From: Mobula hypostoma
Taxonomy: Eukaryota
DNA: 64,000 nucleotides
Direction of reading: 5' to 3'
NCBI RefSeq assembly: GCF_963921235.1
Contig: NC_086109.1
Coordinates: forward strand, 1,984,001-2,048,000
The notes below the pieces were generated by a model, which saw nothing but the letters and a program-made list of their open reading frames with translations, was not told where the DNA came from and searched no databases. Of the stretch, positions 39,301 to 51,237 are shown piece by piece. Each line of letters begins with the position of its first letter. The first letter of the stretch is position 1. A program made the translations under genes and the position numbers.

Positions 39301-40914
39301 TTAAGTTATTATTGTTGGGTTTGTTGGCCAGAAGGAATGACAATCTACAAATCAGTGAATTCAACTGAATCAAGGACAGTGGAAGCAGACAGACTAATTG
39401 TCTTTGCTCTTGCTGCATGCCTGGGGATGGAGGCTGCCATTTTATGAAGACAATCTATTCCCCATTTTGTGAGCTTGACATTCTGGGCTTGATAAAGTTT
39501 TAAAGACACAATGATACTTCAGGTAACCTGCTGGAATGGAGATCATTTCCAAATAAGAAGTTATTTGTGAGATGTTCTTTGGTTGGGTATAATATGCAGG
39601 TTTGTGAACCATTGCAGGTACAAGCATGAGGAAGCCTGCATGAAACATGTGGGGATTGAATCGGGGTTATGAGGAATGCCAGGCCAGCATAAACTCTTTT
39701 GCCTGGGTAATACCTTTGCTTCAGGGATACTTAGTGGGTGTTCATACAAGGTATTTAGTGCATGAATTCATGTAATTTTTAGTATAAACAATAAAGGTAC
39801 TTGTCAGTAAATACAGATCTCTCTGTGACTCACTAATCATTGCTATGAAAAGTATTTTTTTACAACAAGAAATGTGGCTTGGATAAGGAATATTGTTTGT
39901 GTGTGGATTTTTGTTTGGCCTGAGGTGTTCATGTCATTGAGATTGGATGTTGATTGGTCTGAGTGCTGTTTTTTGGTGGGATTGTCATTCCGGGATGGAG
40001 CTATTTTTTTTTATATTGGTTTATACTTACAGTAGGGTTACTGATTGATCTTGAGTGTTGTTTTTCGATGAGATTGTCATTTCGGGGTTGAGATATTTTT
40101 TATATATTGGCTTATATTTACCGTAGGGTTACTGATTGAAGTGCAGTATTGTTTGGGGATCAGGAGTTGTTGGGAACCAGGGGTTGTTTGAGAGTGGGAC
40201 TGGGGTGTCTTTATTGTGCAATGAGGGTCAATGGAGGTCAGAAGTGGGGATGTTCACTGGTGACTGCACAATGTTCAGTTCCATTCACACGTCAGCAGGT
40301 GAAGCAGCCCGTCTGCATGCAGTAAGCCCAGGACAACAGTCAGACACAGGCTGAGAAGTGACAGGTAACATTCACACCACACATGTACCAGGCAGTGACC
40401 ATCTCCAACAAGAGAGAGTCTGACCACCTCCCTCTGACATCCCCATTGTCCAGTTCCCACCATGAACACACTGGGGTCAGCACTGAAACTGACCAGAAAC
40501 TCACGGGACCAGTCACATCAACATCATGGGGTCACCATTGACCAGAAACTCACGGGACCAGTCACATCAACACACCGGGGTCACCGCTGAACAGAACCTC
40601 AACTGGACCAGTCACATCAACACCATGTCTACAGCAGCAGGTCAGAGACTGGGGATCCTGTGGGAGTGACTCACCTCTTCACACCCCAACACCTTTCCCC
40701 CATCAACAAGTCAGGAGTGTGATGGAACACTCTCCACTTACCTGGGTGAGGTCAGCTCCAGCAACACTCTAAGGACTGAATCATCCTCCCTATCTTTGTA
40801 ACCCTCTCTGACCCCTGGACCCCTCCCTATCTTTGTGACAGTCTTCCGCTCCCACACTCTGTAACCACTCACAGCTTCATGAATATCCAACAACAGAATA
40901 GTTTTCTAGAATAT

Positions 40915-41250
40915 TTCTTTCTTTCTTTCTTTTTAAATCTTTTTTATTAATTTTCCAAAGTTATAAACAGAATAACAATGTTGATACAGAGAGATTGAAA
41001 TAATCTTATTGTTAATAAACATATACAGAAAAGATTTCAGATGACACAGGTATAATAGACTTCCAAACTCCTGATGTAATTAATCATAGAGAAAAAAGAA
41101 ATAGAAAGAAAAAAATACAAAGGAAAACCCCAAAAAGAAACAAAAAAAAGAACTAAATACTAAACCCAAAAAAGCAAACGGAACAAAACAAGGCTAGACC
41201 ATTATCGTAAATTGAACACATTCAATAATGTCGTCAACTCCTCTCCTCTA
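40915..41250 (-). mobile_element. Probable L1 3-prime UTR and A-rich tail
   Basis: Minus strand AATAAA followed by (AAAG)n; T-rich 3-prime UTR composition. Confidence 0.45.
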
Positions 41251-41566
41251 GAACTATTTCTTTAATGTTATTGTACATTGACATATTTCGAGCAGAGACT
41301 GAAAATCTGAATCAACAGTTGGAAACGATGGAAGCCCTGGGCAGGTGAGACAGCGTGTGTGGAGAGTGATTCAGTCGAAGGATGTGGAACTTGAAACATT
41401 AACTCTTTGTCTCACTCCACAGACGCTGCCTGAGACACGCGATGTGTGACACTGCACAGCTGAGTAATGTGCCCACTGCCTGAAACACCCATCAACAGGC
41501 TCTCAGACTGTGGTTTCTCTGGTGAAACCTGAACTGGTTCACTTTGGCTGTGATAACAAAATATCA

Positions 41567-41712
41567 TCAATAAACTACTTGCAATACGAGACCCTTCCCC
41601 AGCCCTGGGGTGTGGGGCGAGGGGCCCCAGGATTCTTCACCAAGTCTGAACTGCTGGGTGGGGGTCTCACTGGATTTCCCAGGGGCTCTTTGGTTGATTT
41701 CAATTTCAGGAA
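41567..41712 (-). CDS. Candidate terminal exon of minus-strand cassette A
   Basis: Phase-1 VPEIEINQRAPGK...LQVVY*; inverted homolog of 6898-7103. Confidence 0.35.
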
Positions 41713-42026
41713 CTATCCTCCAGGATGTTAACGGTTAAATGGGGCACGAGAACTGGGAGGATATCCCAGGAAAGGCTGCAGGAAGATCAGTGGAGTAACA
41801 CAGTAACACAGAGCACAGCACGGGTTCAGTAATAAAGCTCAGTCTGGAAGACTGACCAGATCCAGGTCACTGCAGAACCCTCAGGTGTTTAAAGAGACTC
41901 CCCCCTCACCGGGATTGTGGAACAGGGACAGTGATTCCAGTGGGATGCTCCGACGCTCTCCGTCTGTGCCATGGGTGGGCACTGTTCTCCAGGATCTAGC
42001 ACACACTGTTCCGATGGAGAGGGTGT

Positions 42027-42082
42027 CTATGAGCTGTGTTCTCCACCAGGTCGACTGTTCAAAGACACTCCCACTGTTGGAT
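42027..42082 (-). CDS. Putative cytoplasmic exon of cassette A
   Basis: Strong acceptor ctctctgtctcacag, phase 1 DPTVGVSLNSRPGGEHSS*; a downstream gtgagg donor at 41909 is out of phase. Confidence 0.45.
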
Positions 42083-42139
42083 CTGTGAGACAGAGAGTAG
42101 AGGTGAGGAGGCTCCGTCAGTGCCTTTCCTGATCGACAC

Positions 42140-42600
42140 ATACACATCTCCCCTCCTCCTCCCTGCTCCCAAATCTGCTCACCTCCTTCTCCATGCTCCC
42201 TTTGCCCCATCCCTCATCCTCCTTGCTCTTTCTGACCCTCCCCTCCTCTTCCCTGCTCATCAGCCCCTCTCCTCCTCCTCCCTGCACTCACAGCCTCTCC
42301 ACTCTTCCTCCCTGTTCCCACTGCCCCTCCCCTCCTCCTCCCTAATCTCCCAGACCCTCCCCTCCTCTTCCCCATTCCCAAAGCCTCTCCCCTCCTCCCT
42401 GTTCCCACTGCCCCCCCACTCCCCCAGACCCTCCTCTCCTCCTCCCTACTCTCCCAGACCCTCCCCTCCTCCTCCCCATTCCCAAAGCCTCTCCCCTCCT
42501 CCTCCCTGTTCCCACTGCCCCCCCCCACTCCCCCAGACCCTCCCCCCTCCTCCCTACTCTCCCAGACCCTCCCCTCCTCCTCCCCATTCCCAAAGCCCCT
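42140..42600. repeat. C/T-rich low-complexity tandem repeat
   Basis: Repeated ctcccagaccctcccctcctcctccccattcccaaagcc units. Confidence 0.8.
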
Positions 42601-42620
42601 CCCTCACCTCCGCCCCATCA

Positions 42621-42793
42621 TCATATGTATCCTTCTTGATGCCTTTCCCATTGGGGTGGACTTGCATGAGTGACAATGATGCCAGAGTTTACAGAGCAAA
42701 GATGACCCCGGATTATATACAGTACGGCACACGCAATGATCAAACTGAGTATCACAATGGGAATTATAAAACCAGTGTGTGACGATCTGTAAT
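42621..42793 (-). CDS. Second transmembrane exon (TM2) of cassette A, terminal
   Basis: ccag|ATTAC; DYRSSHTG-FIIPIVILSLIIACAVLYII-RGHLC...EGYI*; paralog of TM1. Confidence 0.6.
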
Positions 42794-42840
42794 CTGGCAC
42801 TGGTTGTGTGTGGGCGGGGGGGGGGGGGGGAGACAATTAC

Positions 42841-42993
42841 CATCAGATGTTCCGGATTTCTTTCCCATACATTTGTCCCAGTGTGAGCGAAGATACGCCC
42901 TCTTTCTATATATACAGCAACACACAAGTAACAGAATGAGTATCACAACGACGGGAATGATCCAAGCAGTGGGTGACGATCTGACACCAGGAT
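42841..42993 (-). CDS. First transmembrane exon (TM1) of cassette A (153 bp, phase 1-1)
   Basis: ttttctcctccccag acceptor, GATG|gtaatt donor; DPGVRSSPT-AWIIPVVVILILLLVCCCIY-RKRAYLRSHWDKCMGKKSGTSD. Confidence 0.75.
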
Positions 42994-43384
42994 CTGGGGA
43001 GGAGAAAAGATTCTGTGATTAATCCCATCCTCATACACCCAGTGACAAGGAATCGATGGATCCACTCCCTCTCACCACAGGCCAGATAAAACTCCCCATC
43101 ATGAAGGGGGAGGGGGATGGAGAGAAAGGATTACAGAATTAATCCCATTCCCACACTCCCAGTTCCAATCATCCTCACATCACTCCCCTTAAATCACAGC
43201 CAACAATGTCACCAACTGTATCTCCACTGATGTTAAACAAGTTCCTTCACACTGTCACTTGGTAACCACACTCCCACAGTGCCCTGTATCGCTGACTGTA
43301 TCTCAATTGATGTTAATCCAACTCCCTCACACCTTCCCACAGAAACCCCTCTCCATCACCCTGTATCCCTGACTCTATCCCCAA

Positions 43385-44190
43385 TTAAAGTTCAAAGTAC
43401 AAAGTACAGTTTATCAAAATGTGCATACATTATAGAACCTCCAGATTCATCTCCTGACAGGCAGCCACGAGACAAAGAAACACAAAAACAAACACACCGA
43501 TATGAAAAAAGACCGTCGAATACTCAATGTGCAATAGAAACAATCCATCATGTAAACAGTAACTGCAAGCCAGTCGTGTTTCTGAACTGAGGTCTGCAAG
43601 AGAGTCCCATACTTTAGTGTAGAGCCATGTAAACATTGTGGAGCAGCGATCTTAATCAGCCCGAACCTCACCTCGGTCCCCGTCACCCAGACCTTTCTGA
43701 CACCCTGATGTTTCCAATCTGGCTCGGAGCGTAACTCTCCATCCCAACATCTGAGGTTGCCCAAGCCTTGCCTCAGGCCTCAACAACCTGACCTTTTCTA
43801 CCACTTCAATTCTCCTGCAAATCTCCATCCAAAGATCATGCTTAGTTGTGTCTGGTGCCTGACCCCGTGGCATTGATTCGATCTGTAAATCTCCGTCCGT
43901 AGATTGTGCTCAGTCACGTCTGGTGCCTTGACCATGCAGTTTCGATTCCGCCTGTGCCTGATCTTTCTTGATTTCCCACGCTGTCGGCAACGGGTCCGCC
44001 GCCTCGCCTCGCCTCACCTCCCCCACCTCGCCTCGGCTCCGCCGCCTCGCCTCCGCCACCTCGCCTCGTCTCGGATCCGCCACATCGAATGGCCTCAGCT
44101 CCGCCACCTCGCCTCGCCTCGGTTCTGCCACATCGAATTGCCTCCAACCCCGAAGGAAAATTACAGACTATTGTTATGATTGTTTGCCAG
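43385..44190 (-). mobile_element. Rex1-type LINE 3-prime end with a (GCCTC)n tract
   Basis: Minus strand PSGLE start near 44150, pentamer repeats at 43990-44130, (aaagtac) tail near 43400. Confidence 0.5.
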
Positions 44191-44723
44191 AAGTTTGGTT
44201 AACAAAGTATTTAGTTGCTGTCCTTGTTTCATTAACTGCCAGCCAGAGATCACAGAGGTTCAGCAGCACCATCTTAACCGGAAGGAGTTACGAGTAAAAC
44301 ACAGATCCTTGTTCATTCTGCACTGTCCCACACACTCCTGAGATCGGACACAGAGAGGAGCTGTCTTGTTGAGCTGGGAGTATGGGAGGAGAAGTCAAAA
44401 AGAACAGCTGAAGGCAACACTGGAAAATGGGTGAGAGGAAATTTTGAGGGTTAATGAAAATGTATGACCACTGAATGTTCTGGTAAAAGGGAACAGAAAA
44501 TGTTGAAAAGATAAAAGGGAGTGTGGAAAACCACAAGTATTATTAAAACATAACAGCAAGATGCTGAGCTCATTGCTAACCACCCTCCTCCAGCTGCAGG
44601 GCTTGTTGTGAAAAGGTACTTCCATTCAGTCTCACAAATGCTTGGATTACATCTACTTACATTATCAGGAAACCTTGACTTGAAGTCTGTAGCTGTCTGA
44701 AAAGGGAGAATTATGAATTATAT

Positions 44724-45695
44724 ACACGTTTCCCCCGCCATCCGAAGGTAGAGCGTTCCTATGAAACGGTTCATAAAGCCGAAATGTCGTGAAGTGAAGA
44801 AGCAATTACCATTGATTTATATGGGAAAATTTTGTGAGCATTCGCAGACCCAAAAATAACCTACCAAATCATGCCAAATAATCACATAAAACCTAAAATA
44901 TCAGTAACATATAGTAAAAGCAGGAATGATATGATAAATACACAGCCTATATAAAGTAGAAATACTTCTCTACAACGATTGCCTGCACAGATCTCCATAG
45001 CGAAAATCTCACGCAAGCGCTGTTGGCATAAACGCGCTCTCCAGTAACCTTTAAACTATGAAGCTGCCAAATCTACCAAATAACACGTAAAAATACACAG
45101 CCTATATAAAGTAGAAATAATGTATGTACAGTCTAGTATCACTTACCGGAATTGGGAAAACAGCGCTGAGCACACTGATGATGGTGTGTTAGACTGAGTT
45201 GTCGCAGGCTGGGTGGTACAGTGGCCCCCACCCTCCGGGCCGCCAACCCGATACATTGCCGCGAAGAATGCAGCAGTAGCCTGGAGGCACACAGCACATC
45301 TTTAAGAAAAAAGCCGAAATAAACATGCTAATTAATTAGGTGCTGCCCGGCACGTAAGTGTCGGCGCAGATCAGAGGCGACTACCGATTGCATCACCTCT
45401 GATCTGGGCCGACAATTACGTGCTAGGCGGCACCTAATTAATTAGCATGTTTATTTCGGCTTTTTTCTTAAAGATGTGCTGTATGCCTCCCGGCTACCGC
45501 TGTGTTCTTCGCAAATCGGTACAGTATCTGTCCGGGGCCCAGATGTTGGGGTGGTGGGACATCTCATCGTCAATCAAGGCAGGCAGCTCACCTTCTCCTA
45601 TGACTGCCCGCTTCAATGTCGAAGGTCGAGGTTCGTCGTCTGCTGTGGCTGATGTGGAAGGCTTGCTTGACTGCTCAGCCTCGCACATTTTTCTA
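44724..45695 (-). mobile_element. Second Tigger-family fragment
   Basis: 44990-45690 aligns with 37640-38345 and carries the opposite terminus. Confidence 0.7.
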
Positions 45696-45696
45696 T

Positions 45697-47140
45697 CATA
45701 CAGTTTTGAATATCTGGGTCCAACTGTTCTTTTGAATTCCCCGACAATATCAATATTTCAGTCCGAATGTTACTTGATATGCCCAGACAATATCGGTGAC
45801 GAGATGGGATCCCTTTAAAAGGGATATGGTGAACCTATGATGGAGAAATTGGCCCCTTGGAAGGGAAATAGGCTGCCCACGAGTTTGCATTGGAAGACGG
45901 GCTTCAAGACCAGGGACCTGGGACGGTGTCAGACAAGGCTGCACATGAGATTGCCCTGAAATAAGGGATTCAAGACTGGGGACCAGGACTGTGTTAGACA
46001 ACGTTGTCCCTTACCGGTGGTGACCAGTGTTCCTGAGTTTGAGTAAGAACAGGACAGAAATTGGGAGAAGGGACAGGGAACACTGAAATTTTAAATTGCA
46101 TTAGAATAAAACTGATCTTTTTTGGACCCAGATGTTCATCGTCATAATCAGCTGATTATACAAGCCAATAGCTGGGGCGTGGGAATATATTAACACCCAT
46201 TAAGTAAGGTTTAAGACTTGAAAAGATGGGTAACCGTCCTGGTAGGTTAGCTGCCCTTTCTAAAAGTAGACCGTCGAGAACAGTGCCTCAGAAGTGATGC
46301 CTGAGTGGTCCTAAAATGAAAATACCAGTAAATGACACCACAATGAAGAAAATTGAAAAGTACAAGAAGACAAAGAAATTGCTGGGTGACCGCTGGTTCC
46401 CCCTGGGATCACCCGCAAATAAGGTTTTGTTGGAAACAGTGGACAGCAGGGACTCGGTTACATTTTCCAGTGATTTGTACGATTGGAATTAGGGGGATTG
46501 GCCTTATGGAGGTTCTTTTGACCAGAAAAAGATAAAATGTTGGAAGGAGACGACTGATTCAGGTAGCGGAGATCCTACATGGTACCTCGATTATGTGATG
46601 TGGTGTTTTAATAAATGGGAACAAGTGGCCAAACAGCACCAACAACCTAAGACAAAACGTAAGAAAGAAACTACTTCTAACAAAAAACCCAGGACACCGA
46701 CGGCCGTGGCTCCAGGACCCGCCAACAGTCTGCACCCACAGTTACCGGCTGCTTCTGCTCCTCCCCCTCCTCCGTGTGATCCACCTCAGGACCTCTCAGG
46801 TCATTGAAGTAGCTGCAACCACCCACCTATTCTGCGTTGCCTATTGTTTGCACACCGAGGGTCCGGAACAGAATGGTTCCCCGAATTAACACCTTTTCGA
46901 AGGCAACAGACAACAAAATCAAAGGGAATAAGAGCTGAGGCAACAGATAGCTCTACTGGGCAGATATCGGTCCATTTCCCCGAACAATGGTGGGAGAAAC
47001 CCCAATTCTAAAGCCCTGGACCTCAGCTGAGGTACGGAATATGGTTTGTGCTGACTCTGACCCGCTAACAAAACCAGTGGCGTTCCATAATTGGTTCACA
47101 CGGTCTTGCCAAATTTTCCAGCCCCCGGCAATCATTTGAT
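45697..47140 (+). mobile_element. Endogenous retrovirus relic (LTR end, PBS, leader, gag MA to CA start)
   Basis: tRNA-Ser(GCU)-like PBS CGGTGACGAG-ATGGGAT at 45794-45810; gag frame from ATG 46226 (MGNRPG...WPYGGSFDQKKI...SLHPQLP..APPPPP) then KPWTSAEVRNM...DP...F...CQIFQP. Confidence 0.6.
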
Positions 47141-48440
47141 ATCTGTCTCTGAAGCTGATGTCAGAACATCTTTGCTGTACCTGGTAGGGCACCCAAAATC
47201 TGTGTCAACCAACAGGTGGGAGTGTCAAGGACATCTTCAATCTCTCACTGCTGTAATCAGAGGTATCCAACCGCTTCAAAAAGGCCTCATTCATACTGGT
47301 GCCCAAGAATAAAAGAGTGAACCGCCTCAACGACCATCACCCACTTTCACTCGCATCTACTCTGGTGAATAGCTTGGAACGGTTAATGATGACTAGAATT
47401 GACTCCTGCCTCAGCAAAGACCTGGTCCTGCTGCAATTTGCCCATAGATGTATAGAAGATGCTATCTCACTGGCTCTCCATTCAGGATTGGACCACCTGG
47501 ACATCAGTGATACCCAAGTCAGGTTGTCTATTGAGTACAGCTCCATCATTCCCTCAGAACTAATCAACAAACTCCAAACCCTGGGCCTCTGCAACCAGAT
47601 CCTGGAGTTCTTCATCAGGAGATCACAGTGAGTGCGGAAAAAAATGATCATCTCCTCTTTGTTCACAAGCAACACTGGTGCACCTCAAAATTGTGTGCTT
47701 AGCCCATTGTTCTACTTTCTCTAACCCTAACTGTAAACCTAACCCATGATTGTGTGGTTGGTAACAACTCAACTGCATTCTAAAATTTCACCAATGATAC
47801 AAATCTCAGACAGTGATGAGGTGGTGTACAGGAGTGGAGTGAGATAGATCAGCTGGTTGAATGGTGTTGTAACAACAACTTTGCAGTCAACGTCAGTAAG
47901 ACCACAGAATTGATCGTGGATTTCAAGAAGGGAAATTCAAGGGAAGACACCCCAGTCGTCATTGAGGGATCAACAATATAAAGGAGTGAGGAGTTTCAAT
48001 TTCCTGGGCATTAACATCTTTGAAGATCTATCCTGGGCCCAACTGTAAATTTCAAAGAGGGCATGTAAGTGGCTCGATTTCATTGGGAGTTTGACAAAAT
48101 TTGGTATGTCACCAAAAACTCAAGCAGGTTTCTACAGATGAACTGTGGAGGGCATGATCAGTTGCATCATTGTCTGAGATGAAGTGTAAAAACATGCAGA
48201 AGAATCTGCTGTGCATTGGAAACTCGGCTAGCTCCATCATGTGCATGAGCCTCCCAAGCAATAACGACATCAAAAGAACCTGCCTCAAAAAGGCAGCGTC
48301 CTTCATTCAGGATCCCAGCCACCCAGCACATGCCCTCATCTCATTACTACCAACAAAGAGGTGGTACAGGAGCCTGAAGACACATACTCAATGTCTTAGG
48401 AACAGCTTTCCCCCCACCTTCAAATTTCTAAACAAATCAT
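47140..48440 (+). mobile_element. Degenerate Rex1-type LINE RT
   Basis: ISVSEADVRTSL, VPKNKRVNRLNDHHP, LQFAH..EDAISLAL, KTTELIVDF. Confidence 0.75.
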
Positions 48441-48444
48441 GAAC

Positions 48445-49640
48445 TCTGAATTTTGCGGATGTGACCAAACACATTGATGAAGGTAGAGCAGTAGGTGTAG
48501 TGTATATGGATTTCAGCGAGGCATTTGATGAGGTACCCTATGCCAGGCTTACTGAGAAAGTAAGGAGGCATGGGATCCAAGGGGACCTTGCTTTGTGGAT
48601 CCAGAATTGGCTTGCCCACAGAAGGCAAAGAGTGGTTGTAGATGGGTTATACTCTGCATGGAGGTCGGTGACCAGTGGTGTGCTTCAGGGATCTGTTCTG
48701 GGACCCCTTCTCTTTGTGATTTTTATAAATGACTTGGATGTGGAGTGGAGGGATGGGTTAGTAAATTTGCTGATATCACAAAGGTTGGGTGTGTTGCGGA
48801 TGGTGTGGAGGGCTATCAGAGGTTACAGCGGGACATCGATAGGATGCAAAACTGGGCTGAGAAGTGGCAGATGGAGTTCAAACCAGAAAAGTGTGAGGTG
48901 GCTCATTTTGCTAGGTCAAATATGATGACAGAATACAGTATTAGTGGTAAGACTCTTGGCAGTGTGGAGGATCAGAGGAATCTTGGGGTCCGAGTACTTA
49001 GGACACTCAAAGCAGCTGCGCAGGTTGACTCTGTGGTTAAGAAAGCATACGGTGTATTGGCCTTCATCAACCATACGATTGAGCTTAAGAGCCAAGAGGT
49101 AATGTTACAGCTTTATAGGTCCATGGTCAGATCCCACTTGAAGTGCTGTGCTCAGTTCTGGTCACCTCCCTACAGGATGTAGAAACTATAGAAAGGGTGC
49201 AGAGGAGATTTACAAGGATGCTGCCTGGATTGGGGAGCTTGCCTTATGAGAATAGGTTGAGTGAACTCGGCCTTTTCTCCTTGGAGTGACGGAAGATGAG
49301 GTGACCTGATAGAGGTGTACAAGATGATGAGAGGCATTGATCGTGTGGATAGTCAAGAAGCTTTTTCCCAGGGCTGAAATGACTAACACGAGAGGACACA
49401 TTTTTAAGGTGCTTGGAAGTAGGTACAGAGAAGTCAGGGGTAAGTATTTTTTAATACAGAGAGTGGTGAGTACGTGGAATGGGCTGCCGGCAATGGTGGT
49501 GGAGGCGGATAATGATAGGGTCTTTTCAGAGACTCCTGGATAGGTACATGGAGCTTAGAAAAATAGAGGGCTATGCTTCTAAAGTAAGTACATATTCGGC
49601 ACAGCATTGGGGGCTGAAGGGCGTGTATTGAGCTGTAGGT
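48445..49640 (+). mobile_element. CR1 RT and 3-prime end
   Basis: [26 protein letters not shown], complete tail. Confidence 0.85.
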
Positions 49641-49659
49641 TTTCTATGTTAACTCATAG

Positions 49660-49880
49660 AGTCAGTCGCCTTTCCAATCACCTCTCAAACACACCCATTA
49701 CTGTCAGTCCCCTTTCCAAACCTCCCACACAAACCCATTATCGTCAGTCCCCTTTCCAATCACCTCTCAGACACACCAATTACCATCAGTTCCCTCTCAC
49801 ACATTCCCATTACTGTCGGTCTCTTTGCAATAACCTCTCACACATGTCCATTAACGTCAGTCCCCTTTCCGAGTATTTCT
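49660..49880. repeat. About 39-bp minisatellite (cacacacccattaccgtcagtcccctttccaatcacctct)
   Basis: Same unit as at 52900-53105 and 57880-58145. Confidence 0.8.
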
Positions 49881-50934
49881 TTTAAGCCCCAGTTCTAGTC
49901 TCTATATCCCTGGTTTATTACAGACTGGGAGCTCTGTACACAGATCTTGTCTTCATATCCCTGTGAGACCATGCTGGGAGCACTGTGCACTGATCTGGTC
50001 TCCATATCTCTGGATTGGACCTCACTGGGAAAACTACACAGTTCTGGCCCATGTAACACTGACAGCACCAAATACGTTTTGATGAGGGATGCAGAGGGAC
50101 CTACTGGGAGCCGCCCAAGGAATTCTAAAAATGGTGAGGTGCCGACCTGGTGAAGCTGTAACACAGGATAAAATGCAAGTTCAACAGCAAAGCCGGAGGA
50201 AACTGAGCTGAGGGATCCCACACCCCACAGATCAGATCAAAGCTCCACAGTCCCCTTACATCAGGTCATGGACGACAGCTGATGGGAGGTGGAGTCTCTA
50301 TAAACATCCCCTCCTTCACTGACGGTGCGACCCAGCGTGTGAGTGCCAGAGATAAGGCTGATCATTCACATCCATGTTCAGACAGAAGTGCTGAGTGGAT
50401 GATCTCCCTCAGCTTCCTCCTGAGATCCCCCATCACAGAAACCAGTCTCCAGACAATTCAGTTCATTCCCTGTGATATCAGATTACTGGATACAGCAACA
50501 ACTATGGGACCAGACTACACCCAGGTGTGGTACTGCAGACCTGTGCTACAGAACTAGGTGGATCTCTGTCCCAGGATCAAACCCCTCTGTGGATCAGGGT
50601 GATGCAAACATGATTCATTTGAGAGGTGTCCATTCTTTAGAGTTCCATCGACAATGGCAATTATCTTATCGTCTGGGGGAATTTCAGCTCCACCACTGGG
50701 GTACACAGTGGCCGCTGTGTGTACCTGTCAATGTCACTGCAGATACTCAGACAGGCTACTCCAACAAACCCTCCCAAACTCTCCACCTCTACCCCCAAGA
50801 ATGAATGTCTTGGACACGGACAATCAGGCAGTGGGGTTCAGTAAAGAGTGGAATGGCCAGGATCTCCCGTCACCCATTAATTAGGATGTTTCAGGAACTG
50901 GTAAAACCCAGGCCCCTCGCCGTGTCTCACTCAC

Positions 50935-51237
50935 CGTTCACTTCCAGTCGCACTCTCGCCTTAAGTTCAGCTCCAGAACCCACAGCAATTTCCACCTCAT
51001 AATCACCGGCATCCTCTCTCTGTAGATCACGGATTTCCAGACTGAAGTCCCCGGGATGAAGAGTTATCCGTTGCTTGTACTCCTCAGTACCGAAGTAGGA
51101 AATGGTGCCATTTGTGTATTCTGCTATTCTGGTTCCGTTTGATCTCCACACCACCTGATAAACATCCCGCCAAGGTGTAATCCCAGCACGTAAGGAGACT
51201 GTCTGTCCCAAAGCTCCTTTCACAATCCCCATCCAGT
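50935..51237 (-). CDS. Ig V-set exon A, CD2/SLAM/CEACAM-like, no canonical cysteines (303 bp, phase 1-1)
   Basis: ctcttgtctcctcag acceptor, AACG|gtgagt donor; VKGALGQTVSL...VVWRS...FSLEIRDLQREDAGDYEV. Confidence 0.85.

Noticed and set aside
39440-39760. Gypsy integrase zinc-finger relic on the minus strand (HP...LPRQ...CWPGI...C)
   Set aside because: Too degraded to call without a profile search; no flanking domains recognised.
42036-42782. 248-aa Pro/Ser-rich ORF
   Set aside because: It is the translation of a C/T low-complexity repeat on the strand opposite the real TM exons.
43279-43590. 103-aa ORF conserved at 57181-57492
   Set aside because: Conservation reflects near-identical DNA in the conversion tract; it overlaps intron and a LINE tail and has no protein motifs.
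50900-50935. CACGGCG / CACTGCA 10 nt after V exons as a RAG heptamer (rearranging V segments)
   Set aside because: No nonamer at 12 or 23 nt spacing, the V exons end in a splice donor position, and they lack the conserved cysteines of Ig/TCR V segments.
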